A DNA stretch of 64,000 bases from Candidatus Latescibacterota bacterium (GTDB taxonomy: Bacteria; Latescibacterota; CBDEFO01): positions 1,056,001 to 1,120,000 of the forward strand of contig OZ252149.1 in NCBI GenBank assembly GCA_965248755.1, read 5' to 3'. The notes beneath the pieces were generated by a model that saw nothing but the letters and a program-made list of their open reading frames with translations, had not been told where the DNA came from and ran no database searches. The translations under genes were made by a program, and so were the position numbers. Below are positions 19,533 to 28,056 of this stretch, one piece after another. How positions within the stretch are numbered: the first letter of the stretch is position 1; every line of letters begins with the position of its first letter.

Positions 19533-20721
19533 GATCCATATTTCCTTCCACGGCCAATCTGGCGGCCTCATTCAACGATACGTCGCGCCCCTGCGCCTTG
19601 ATCCCAGCCGTGGCCATGATCTCCTGCGCCTCCTGTTCCCACGAGCCGGGCACGCGAAAGACACTGATGGTATCGGAAGGGTTTCTCCCCGCCCTCTCAA
19701 TTCCCATGAGAACCCCGCGGGCCATGACATCTGAACGAGTGTTGTTGACCACATTCATAATAACGGCCATCCGCTTAACTTCTGGTTTGGATAACAAAAG
19801 CGCACTTAAAGCGGCCACCTTCTCCTCGGTCGGGTTTCCCCCCACCTCACAGTAGTTGGCGGGTCTCCCCCCATAGAGCTTGATCGCGTCGAAAACGGTC
19901 AGACTGGCGCCGCCCCCACCGATAAGCAGGGCCATGTCGCCGTCAAATTCCACAAGGCGGCCTGCGACACCTCGGTGATCCATTGCATCGATGCGCTGTG
20001 CCTCAAGCTCCAAAGGCGTTGGAGGGCGACCCGTTGCGCTCTGCGTTAGATCACCTAACGGTTCTAATCTTTTATTCTGCCGATATGCAGCGTCGTCCTC
20101 AATTTCCACGTGCGCATCGAGGCCCACCGAAGCGCCATTTTCGGCAATAACCAGAGGATTAATCTCCATAGTGACCCCATCGCATGCCAGGAAGGCTTCG
20201 GACAGCGTTGCGAGGACCTCTCCCAACCGGACGAGCGTTTTCCCCCTCAGGCCGAGTTGGGACGCCATCCCTCGTCCTTCATACGGCGCAAGCCCCCTCC
20301 ACGGATGAAACGAACGGCGTACAAGACGATCTGTCGGGGAGGATTCGACATCGACCCCGCCGCTGGGACTCAACAGGGCAAGGGGCAGCTTTTCTACCGT
20401 GTCCCAGGCGATGCCGACATAGAACTCCTGATTAAAATGCAGCTTGGGTTCAATCGAAACCCTCCCCACCCTGGTGCCGCGCAATTCCATTCCAAGCAGC
20501 TCCCCGGCGCCGGCTTCCACTTCGTCCAAGGTCTCCGCGAACTTCACCGCCCCGGCTTTACCGCGTCCGCCGAAAGGCACCTGCGCTTTGAGAACGGCGG
20601 GCAGCCCGACGCCCTCCACGGACGCCCGCACCTCCTGAAGGGATTCAATCACCTTCTGTTCGGTGAAGACCAGACCGAAGCTTGAGAGCAGTTTCCTGCT
20701 TTGATGTTCGAGCAGTCTCAT
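19522..20721 (-). CDS. Succinate/malate-CoA ligase beta subunit-like (ATP-grasp)
   Basis: MRLLEHQ, KAQVPFGGRGKAG, EINPL, GGGGAS, ANYCEVGGNP. Confidence 0.88.
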   Translation of the reverse strand: MRLLEHQSRKLLSSFGLVFTEQKVIESLQEVRASVEGVGLPAVLKAQVPFGGRGKAGAVKFAETLDEVEAGAGELLGMELRGTRVGRVSIEPKLHFNQEFYVGIAWDTVEKLPLALLSPSGGVDVESSPTDRLVRRSFHPWRGLAPYEGRGMASQLGLRGKTLVRLGEVLATLSEAFLACDGVTMEINPLVIAENGASVGLDAHVEIEDDAAYRQNKRLEPLGDLTQSATGRPPTPLELEAQRIDAMDHRGVAGRLVEFDGDMALLIGGGGASLTVFDAIKLYGGRPANYCEVGGNPTEEKVAALSALLLSKPEVKRMAVIMNVVNNTRSDVMARGVLMGIERAGRNPSDTISVFRVPGSWEQEAQEIMATAGIKAQGRDVSLNEAARLAVEGNMDHVA

Positions 20722-21587
20722 CTCATCATCTCGTGCAATCTGAGAACTCGTCGGGCCCGCTCCACGATCGGCAGATCGACCATCTGGCCTTCCACCACGA
20801 GCGCCCCTTGTCCTGCGGCCTCCGCCTTTCCGAAGGCCTCCACCACACGTTGGGCGTATTCCACCTCATCGGCAGTCGGAGAGAAGACATCGTGAACGGC
20901 CTCGATCTGGCTCGGGTGAATCAAAGCTTTGCCCGTAAAGCCGAGCTGGCGGGCCCGGCGTGCATCCGCAAGGAGCCCGTCCGGATTCTGGATATTCGCG
21001 TAGATTCTGTCTACAACCTGAAGTCGCTGGCTGACCGCTGCGACGACGAGGGCCGAGCGGGCGTAGACCATATCTGTGGCCTCACCATCCCGGAGGGCAA
21101 AAATCCCCAGATCCAGGGCGAAATCTTCCGCTCCAAACATCAGCCCGACCAGTCGCGGACAGGAGGCCGCGATAGCGGGCGCCTGAATGAGCCCGCGGGA
21201 GCTTTCAATTGTAGCCAGCAGTCGAACGCTTCCAGGTTGGAGTCCGGACCTGGATTCCTGTTCTCTCAGAGTCGCGTCGACTGCAATCACGTCTTCGGGA
21301 CATTCCACCTTGGACAATGTCAATCCATCCAACCCGGGTCTAACGGCGGTCTGCAGATCCGCATCCGTCTCAGCGCTCCCGGCGGCGTGGATGCGGACAT
21401 AGCGGGACGGCCCGCCTGGAGGACGCCCAAGGGCCGCAGCCACCAGATCCCGGGCGGCATCCTTCTCGGCGGGAGGCACACCATCCTCCAGATCAAAGAT
21501 CGCGACATCCAGCTTCAGGGCGAGAGCCTTATCGATCATCCTACTCCGATGCCCGGGCACGAACATCCAAGACCGCATAATCTGCAT
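20718..21587 (-). CDS. CitE/malyl-CoA-lyase-like CoA-ester lyase
   Basis: RSWMFVPG, FDLEDGV, FGAEDF, GKALIHPSQ, GQMVDLP. Confidence 0.88.
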   Translation of the reverse strand: MQIMRSWMFVPGHRSRMIDKALALKLDVAIFDLEDGVPPAEKDAARDLVAAALGRPPGGPSRYVRIHAAGSAETDADLQTAVRPGLDGLTLSKVECPEDVIAVDATLREQESRSGLQPGSVRLLATIESSRGLIQAPAIAASCPRLVGLMFGAEDFALDLGIFALRDGEATDMVYARSALVVAAVSQRLQVVDRIYANIQNPDGLLADARRARQLGFTGKALIHPSQIEAVHDVFSPTADEVEYAQRVVEAFGKAEAAGQGALVVEGQMVDLPIVERARRVLRLHEMMR

Positions 21588-21606
21588 ATATACCCACTTT
21601 CCTTTT

Positions 21607-22254
21607 TTATCTGCGCGCGGAACCCGCCTGTTGCAGCGATGCACCGTAGCGTACCAGCCGGACACCAATCCACAACCCCATCAGAGCGCCGGCCCCTATC
21701 AGGTATCCCAGCCATACCGGCACCAAACGGTCGATGGGAATCACCTTCGGCAGGAGCAACTGCGTAGCCATCTGGCGCCACGCTTCCATAGTAGGCCCTT
21801 CGCCCCCTGGGCCAAGGGTTGCCGTCAGCATCCGCTCCGTCGACCACATAGATCCGTAGTATACCAAGATACATATGCCCGGCAGGAAAGCTAACAACCA
21901 GAATGCAGCCCTCAAGCCGCTGTTCTTACGGAGAGAATAGAAGAATAGCACCGACGGAACGATCCCGAATAGGACTACGGCTCGTCCAAATCCCGAAAAG
22001 AAGGTGATGAGCAGCAACACACATAGACAGAGCCCGATGAATATCCACCCGTTCAGAACATATCTAGCTGATGTGATGTAGCAATGCCCTGTTTTCCGCT
22101 TTTTCTCGATAAATTCGACTATCCGCTCTTCGAGGGGTGTGCCCGGCTTTGGAGTTTCCCGCGAAATCTCGTAACCCAGGATTTCTCTTTCACGGGCCTT
22201 CTCGTGACGCTTTCTGGTGTTCTCCCTGTCCATATACACACCCAGACGTGGCAA
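21607..22254 (-). CDS. Hypothetical membrane protein
   Basis: 215-aa ORF with about four hydrophobic segments, co-oriented with the lyase/ligase trio. Confidence 0.5.
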   Translation of the reverse strand: MPRLGVYMDRENTRKRHEKAREREILGYEISRETPKPGTPLEERIVEFIEKKRKTGHCYITSARYVLNGWIFIGLCLCVLLLITFFSGFGRAVVLFGIVPSVLFFYSLRKNSGLRAAFWLLAFLPGICILVYYGSMWSTERMLTATLGPGGEGPTMEAWRQMATQLLLPKVIPIDRLVPVWLGYLIGAGALMGLWIGVRLVRYGASLQQAGSARR

Positions 22255-22509
22255 GCTACTAAGGATCTATAAGAACGATCATCCCTACCGGGCAACGTAT
22301 TCGAGATCCTCTCCTAAACTCCACGTCTCGAAACGCATCAGCTTTCTACCGTCATAAGATGGATTTTACCCCTCCCGATTGAAAGAATGAGGTCGCTAGC
22401 TAGAAAGCTAAATCGCTATATCTACCGTCGTCTAAAAAGAAAACCGCGGAGCATGGGCCGCCGCGGGGGCAGCAAGCAACTAGGACTTGAGGGGATGATA
22501 TTCACCCGT

Positions 22510-22538
22510 AATATACGATACTCACCCCAGAATGTCAA
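22510..22538 (-). promoter_or_regulatory. Sigma70 promoter for the minus-strand operon
   Basis: TTGACA-17-TATATT on the minus strand. Confidence 0.6.
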
Positions 22539-22934
22539 GCCAAACGAGTGTGCAAAACAGAAGAGGTCGTCAATGAGCCTTGCGGTAGGGGAGCCTGATC
22601 AGCGACAGCTCAGGGGAGGAAAACCCTCCGAGACGATATCGTCTTACCGCAATCAGGATATATCGCTTCATTACTATTTTGATTTTATTAAGTAATTTGA
22701 CAAAACTTTTCGGACATGCTAAGTCGGTGGAAAGTTGAGATCGTTCCCGCTTCGCGACTTCTTCTTGTGGGGAACAGCCAGGCACTCTCAATTGGATTCC
22801 TCTCCCTGTATGTTGGCTACCTTTTGGATCTCTACAATTTTGTGGGGACTGTTTTGACCTGATACATCGTAAGAGTCCAAAGATCACAGGAGCTCAGATG
22901 ATCACTATTTTGGAGTTAACATTGGAAAATGTTC

Positions 22935-22991
22935 TTGACATTGCTAAAACTTTTTCTTATATTCTATATACCCTCAGGGGGTGGGGGTATA
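22935..22991 (+). promoter_or_regulatory. Sigma70 promoter plus CsoR/RcnR-type operator
   Basis: TTGACA-17-TATATT, then TATACCCtcagggggtgGGGGTATA (C/G tracts flanked by an AT-rich inverted repeat). Confidence 0.8.
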
Positions 22992-23007
22992 AACGAAAGG
23001 AAACAAG

Positions 23008-23304
23008 ATGATCGAAGAAATCAAGCTAATCTCACAAGATCGCAAGGACCAGACAATAAGACGCCTTAAATCTATTGAAGGCCAGATGAGAGGATTACAG
23101 GGCATGATAGAAAAGGAGCGCCCTTGCGTGGAGGTACTGACCCAAATAGCAGCGGCAGAGGAGGGTCTAAAGCAGGTGGGAAAGATTATGATGAGAAACT
23201 ACCTGGAAAACTGTGTGACCAATTCCATCAGGTCGCAAGATGGCCAAGAGGCTGATAGAATATACGACGAGTTGATGGACATTATCTACAAGTTTGCGAG
23301 GTAA
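23008..23304 (+). CDS. CsoR/RcnR-family metal- or sulfur-sensing repressor
   Basis: RRLKSIEGQMRGLQGMIE, RPCVEVLTQ, NYLENCV. Confidence 0.9.
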   Translation: MIEEIKLISQDRKDQTIRRLKSIEGQMRGLQGMIEKERPCVEVLTQIAAAEEGLKQVGKIMMRNYLENCVTNSIRSQDGQEADRIYDELMDIIYKFAR

Positions 23305-23351
23305 TAAAATGTCAAAGGGTCTTAGGAGTAATCTTTAGGAAGGAGGTATAT

Positions 23352-24299
23352 ATGAAAAGATACATCATTTTATCATCCATTCTGTGCTCTGTTGTTCTTC
23401 ATATGGTTTATCCAAAGGGGACATTGGCTCAGGGGCCACCGATCAACACCGAGACAGCGTTCGTGGTCGGTCTTGAGGGCGCCGCGCTCAGGACACTCGT
23501 TAAAACGACGAGGAAATCGAAGCTTTTAAAGGGCACCACGAAAGTCTCTGATCCTTCAGATCGACAAGTACAAGTTGTGGCTGTTCCTATTATAATTCCC
23601 TACGAATTGATTCCAAACAGAATAGTGGTCGCCGCAGCGATTCCCTATCTTCACAAGGAACTGAGTCTGACTCAGGACGGGATAAGACGTGCTCTGTCTG
23701 ACAACGGCTTTGGGGATCTTTCTCTCTTATTCAAATATCAACTCCTTCAATGGGACGCTCATCGAAAGACGACCAGAATTACGTTTAAGGGAGGGCTGAA
23801 ACTTCCCACAGGCGACCACGATGAGACGGATGAGTTGGGCGAACTTCTCCGCAGGGGGCTACAATTGGGAACGGGCTCCCTAGATTACTCAGCCGGGCTT
23901 ATCTTAACTCACAGCGTAGGCAGACTCGGGATCAACACAGACGCCATCTACACATTCAAAAGGGAGGCGGACAAGTACAGATTTGGAGACTCTTTAAATT
24001 ACGATCTTGCGGTCGGATACAGGATCTATCCTTCGGTCTATGAGACTTATCCATCGCCTTATGCCACTCTTTATTTAGAGGTAAATGGTCAGTTCAAACG
24101 AAGGGATGAGGAAAATAGAGGGACAGTCGAGGACTCAGGCGGACACATTTTGTCTCTCTCACCTGGGATACAATACATCCCTTTGAGCACATTAATCATC
24201 GAGGCATCGATACAGATTCCTGTGCTCCAGGACCTGAACGGAACTCAACTCGGGACGGACTTTGCCTTTGTAAGCGGGATTCGATGGCTGATCTTTTAG
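23352..24299 (+). CDS. Outer-membrane beta-barrel (MetA/phenol-pathway 'transporter' family)
   Basis: Signal peptide, GFGDLSL, KLPTG, LGTGS, C-terminal Phe. Confidence 0.75.
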   Translation: MKRYIILSSILCSVVLHMVYPKGTLAQGPPINTETAFVVGLEGAALRTLVKTTRKSKLLKGTTKVSDPSDRQVQVVAVPIIIPYELIPNRIVVAAAIPYLHKELSLTQDGIRRALSDNGFGDLSLLFKYQLLQWDAHRKTTRITFKGGLKLPTGDHDETDELGELLRRGLQLGTGSLDYSAGLILTHSVGRLGINTDAIYTFKREADKYRFGDSLNYDLAVGYRIYPSVYETYPSPYATLYLEVNGQFKRRDEENRGTVEDSGGHILSLSPGIQYIPLSTLIIEASIQIPVLQDLNGTQLGTDFAFVSGIRWLIF

Positions 24300-24347
24300 T
24301 CCGAAACTCAATATTAACCTGCAATGTTGAAAGGAGGTCGTTTCAAG

Positions 24348-24893
24348 ATGACGGTAAAAAGAATTCTTTCTTTGCTGCTCTCAGTTACTATTGTGTCGGC
24401 TGTACCTGTGGAGAGTCCGGCTCAGATAGAAGAGGCTACAGTTAAGGTGGACGGTCTTTCGTGCCCTTTTTGCGCCTACGGCTTGGAGAAGAAGCTCAAG
24501 AAAGTAGAAGGAGTTGAGAAGTTAGAGATCAAAGTGGATCAGGGAGTAGCCAAACTGACTGTAAAGGAGAAAAAGAACCTCTCCATCGAAGATGTAAAGA
24601 AGGCTGTGGTGAACGGCGGCTTTACCCCAAGAGAAATCGCGATTACGGTTAAAGGCCGTATGTCCGAGCATAATGGCAGAACAGTTTTAAAGTTTGCAAA
24701 GAACGCGAATGTCTTTCTGATCGCTCAGAACGAGCAGTTGAAGAAGGTCAAGGATGCGCTCAAAGGGCAGGACAAGCTCCTTCGGATAACTGGCACGCTC
24801 TCCAAGGAAAAAGTCGAAGGCCATGGGGAGCACCCTTATGTCCTGTCTATTGAACAGTTCAAGATGCTGTCCTCTACTACCAAGGTGAATTAG
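24348..24893 (+). CDS. Exported HMA-domain (MerP/CopZ-like) protein
   Basis: Signal peptide, GLSCPFC. Confidence 0.85.
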   Translation: MTVKRILSLLLSVTIVSAVPVESPAQIEEATVKVDGLSCPFCAYGLEKKLKKVEGVEKLEIKVDQGVAKLTVKEKKNLSIEDVKKAVVNGGFTPREIAITVKGRMSEHNGRTVLKFAKNANVFLIAQNEQLKKVKDALKGQDKLLRITGTLSKEKVEGHGEHPYVLSIEQFKMLSSTTKVN

Positions 24894-24894
24894 A

Positions 24895-25713
24895 ATGATG
24901 AAGGCAAAGGAATCAAGCCTGACAGCTATCCTTGCGGCACTGCTGGTGGTCTGGACGGTTTCACCCGTTCTGGCGCACGAGCCCCTGTTTGGGGTCGGGC
25001 CACACACCATCTATCAGAACGGCCTGGGGCTGGAGATGGAGCTCGAAGTCGAAGATGAGGAGGTATCCGTTCACAACGAGGCCATCTATGGGGTCACGCC
25101 CGACCTGGCTGTGACCCTGGTGGCCCCCTGGGTTCGGAAGGAGGAGGGGAATAGGTCCATCTCTGGACTGGGGGACATCAGCCTGCGGGGGAAGTGGCGC
25201 TTCTTCCGGCGGGACGGAGCGGGTCGGCAGGACGCCCTCGCCCTGGTCTTCGGTGCAAAGTTTCCCACCGGAGACGAGCAGGCGGAGATGCCTCTGGGGA
25301 CCGGATCGACTGACTTTTTCGGTGGGATCGCCGCAGGCCGGGAGTCGCGCCGGTGGTACTACTTCGGCGACCTGCGCTACCGGGCCAACACAGAGGCGGA
25401 CGGTCTGAGGCAAGGGGACATCTTCTTCTATGACGTGGCCTGGGGAGTGAGACCGGTGCGGGCGGGTTATGAGCAACCTGACCTGGTGCTCCTGGTGGAG
25501 ACCAATGGAAAGATCGCGGGGAAGGCCGAACAGGATGGCGTCACAAACCCCAACACAGGGGGACATGTGCTCTCAGTCTCGCCCGGATTTCTCTTCAGCA
25601 TCCGGAACGTGATGCTCAAAGGGGGGATCAATGTCCCTGTCCTCTGGGATCTGAACGGAGTACAGGAGGACCCAGAAACCGAGATTCTGTTCGGTGTGGA
25701 GTTTCATGTCTAG
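24895..25713 (+). CDS. Second outer-membrane beta-barrel, same family
   Basis: Signal peptide ending LA-HEP, GLGDISL, KFPTG, LGTGS. Confidence 0.75.
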   Translation: MMKAKESSLTAILAALLVVWTVSPVLAHEPLFGVGPHTIYQNGLGLEMELEVEDEEVSVHNEAIYGVTPDLAVTLVAPWVRKEEGNRSISGLGDISLRGKWRFFRRDGAGRQDALALVFGAKFPTGDEQAEMPLGTGSTDFFGGIAAGRESRRWYYFGDLRYRANTEADGLRQGDIFFYDVAWGVRPVRAGYEQPDLVLLVETNGKIAGKAEQDGVTNPNTGGHVLSVSPGFLFSIRNVMLKGGINVPVLWDLNGVQEDPETEILFGVEFHV

Positions 25714-25729
25714 TAGAGGAGGCAGAACC

Positions 25730-26514
25730 ATGCGAAAGATCGTGTTTATCTTGATAGTAGTCGCCCTGATGGCCGGGCTGAGTGTGCCGGTGCAGGCAGG
25801 TGTGAAATCTCTGACACTGAAGGTGGATGGACTTGCCTGTCCCTTCTGCGCTTACGGCATGGAGAAGAAGCTGAAGAAGGTAGAAGGGGTTGAGAAGCTT
25901 GAGATCGATCTCGACGGAGGGACGGTGACTCTCAAAATGAAGGCGCGCGTCCGTCTGACAGCCGCCTCAGAGGGAAAAGAAAAGGCCCCCGCAGGTCTTG
26001 TGGCACAGGTGCAGAAAGCCGTAACAGAAGGTGGCTTCACGCTACGAGAGTTGACGGTAACGGTGGAAGGGCAGGTGGTAGCCCAGGAAGGAGTATTGCG
26101 TCTACGGCTGTCCGGGACAGAAGAGATCCTTGTCCTAAAGGAAAATGGGAAGGTAGCTGATCTGAAGAAGGCGGTCTCAAACGGGTCAGTGACTTTAATC
26201 GGCACTCTGCAGACGGAGGACCCGATGCTTACCTTATCCGTCGAACAAGTCAGTGAAATGTCCGTTATGGAAGGCGAAGTTCATCGCCTGAAGGTCTCAG
26301 GCATGGTCTGCACCGGGTGCGCGGATGCGATCAAGGCTGCCCTGGAGAGGATCAGCTGGGTGCAGCAGCAGAGGTCGATCTGGAGCAGGGGCTGGCCCAG
26401 GTTACGGCCGCGGCAGGCAGGGTCTCTGCAGAGCAGCTCGTCGAGGCCGTCAACGGGATTGCGATGAGTGGGATGCCTGAAGGGACGTTCCAGGCATCGG
26501 TGGTGGAGGAGTGA
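25730..26514 (+). CDS. Exported two-HMA-domain protein with apparent 1-nt frameshift near 26360
   Basis: GLACPFC and GMVCTGC; the HMA fold continues in another frame (AAAEVDLEQGLAQV...) to 26514. Confidence 0.75.
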
Positions 26515-26560
26515 AGAGTTAGAAAGCTGTGATAAGAGAGAAAAAGAAGATATTAGAACG

Positions 26561-26839
26561 ATGAAGATAAAGTCATCGAGCCTGATGGCCCTTCTTGCGG
26601 CACTGTCCTGGTGTTGAATAGTGCCTGCGATCTTTGCCCTGCTCGGCTTAGCAGGGGTAGCTACTGCAAGGTTCCTTGCGATAAAGTTTTATCCTTTCTT
26701 GCTTACTCTGTCTGTCCTGCTTTTGGCAAGAGCGCACTATCTGGTGTACGTAAAGCGGCACGGGCACAGACTGAGCGTGCTTGTAGTATGGGTCTCCACC
26801 GCCTTGGTGATCGCCGTGTGGCTGCCAAGGATACTTTGA
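26561..26839 (+). CDS. MerT/MerF-like membrane protein, probable selenoprotein (C-U motif)
   Basis: MKIKSSSLMALLAALSWC*IVPAIFALLG...; in-frame TGA 26615-17 falls at the second Cys of the MerT CC-x-x-P motif; downstream hairpin ccctgct-cggctt-agcaggg. Confidence 0.75.
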
Positions 26840-26852
26840 CAAGGGAGAGATT

Positions 26853-27794
26853 ATGAGACCAGCAAGTTTGTTCCTGATAATATTGATCCTTTCGACAGGC
26901 CATCTTTACTGTTCCAAAGAGGACAAACTGCAATTCGTCTTCGTCCAGAAATGGGGAACAGAAGGAGAAATGCCAGGGCAGTTCCAGGGCCCTATAGGGA
27001 TCGCTGTTGACGATGTCGGAAGTGTCTATGTCTCCGACAGTGGGAACAATCGCATTCAAAAGTTTGACAGAAAGGGCAATGTCTTAGCCGAGTGGGGAAA
27101 AGATGGTGATGCCCTAGGAGAGCTTGCGCGTCCCATGCATATTGAAATGAAGGATAGTAAGCTCTATGTGGCAGAATATTTCAACGACAGGATACAGGTT
27201 TTTGATCCTTCTGGGAGTTTCATTGGGGCTATCGGTTGGCACCAAAAGGAGGGCGGCTATTTTGACGCCCCGGCGGGCGTATCTGTGGACAGCCAGGGGA
27301 ATATCTATGTAGCTGATTTCTACAACCACAGGATAGAAAAGTTTGATAGAAATGGCGAATTCGTACGTCAATGGGGAGATCACGGAGAAGGCGACGGACA
27401 ATTTAATTATCCCACCGATGTAGCTGTCGGTTCTGACGGTACTGTCTACGTGGCCGACGCCTACAATCATAGGATTGTCAAGTTCACGCGTGAAGGGCAA
27501 CTTCTTACGAGCTGGGGAGGTTACGGAACAGATGAAGGCAGGTTCAACGTGTCCACCGGTATAGGCTTAGACGGAAAAGATAGGATCTACGTAGCGGATT
27601 TTTACAATCACCGCATCCAGGTCTTTGGCAGCGATGGACACTTCCTTCTCCAGTGGGGAAGGCAGGGGAACGGCGACGGCAGGTTCGAACGTCCGACTGA
27701 CGTGGCAACAGACAAGGACGAAAACGTCTACGTAACAGATTGGGGGAATAATCGTATTCAGAAGTTCCGAGTCGTCAAGCAGGTGACAGAGTGA
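26853..27794 (+). CDS. Exported NHL-repeat six-bladed beta-propeller
   Basis: Six F-x-x-P-x-G/D-x-A...YVAD-x-x-NHRIQ-like repeats; signal peptide. Confidence 0.9.
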   Translation: MRPASLFLIILILSTGHLYCSKEDKLQFVFVQKWGTEGEMPGQFQGPIGIAVDDVGSVYVSDSGNNRIQKFDRKGNVLAEWGKDGDALGELARPMHIEMKDSKLYVAEYFNDRIQVFDPSGSFIGAIGWHQKEGGYFDAPAGVSVDSQGNIYVADFYNHRIEKFDRNGEFVRQWGDHGEGDGQFNYPTDVAVGSDGTVYVADAYNHRIVKFTREGQLLTSWGGYGTDEGRFNVSTGIGLDGKDRIYVADFYNHRIQVFGSDGHFLLQWGRQGNGDGRFERPTDVATDKDENVYVTDWGNNRIQKFRVVKQVTE

Positions 27795-27935
27795 AACCAC
27801 GTCGCCTACCGCCTACGGCGCGGCTCGACATCGGAACTCCGCGGGCGGGGCTTCAAACCTCACCCTTGGAAGATGCCCTCTTCCTCCAGTGGTATTCATC
27901 CGCCACGCACGAGTGGCGGTGTTCTGCCATAATCT
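27791..27935. repeat. IS200/IS605- or REP-like palindromic remnant
   Basis: gtgaaaccacgtcgcctacc...ggcggggcttc and ttcatccgccacgcacgagtggcggtgttc hairpins. Confidence 0.4.
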
Positions 27936-27998
27936 TTATAAAGAAAGATTGAGAGTCAATTACGGCGGTTCAAAGGATACTGCTCCGACAAAAAAGAC

Positions 27999-28027
27999 TT
28001 GACAGTATTCTGGATTTCTTGTATATT
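27999..28027 (+). promoter_or_regulatory. Sigma70 promoter cut off from downstream DNA by IS1380 copy 2
   Basis: TTGACA-17-TATATT, 30 bp before the IS end. Confidence 0.6.
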
Positions 28028-28056
28028 GTCTGTAGTATTTGTAGAAGTATGTATAT

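Noticed and set aside
20682..21767. Long antisense ORFs (e.g. 20682..21767, 41917..42930, 38223..39050, 62910..63566, 29933..30574)
   Set aside because: Shadows of well-supported genes on the other strand, with no recognisable motifs.
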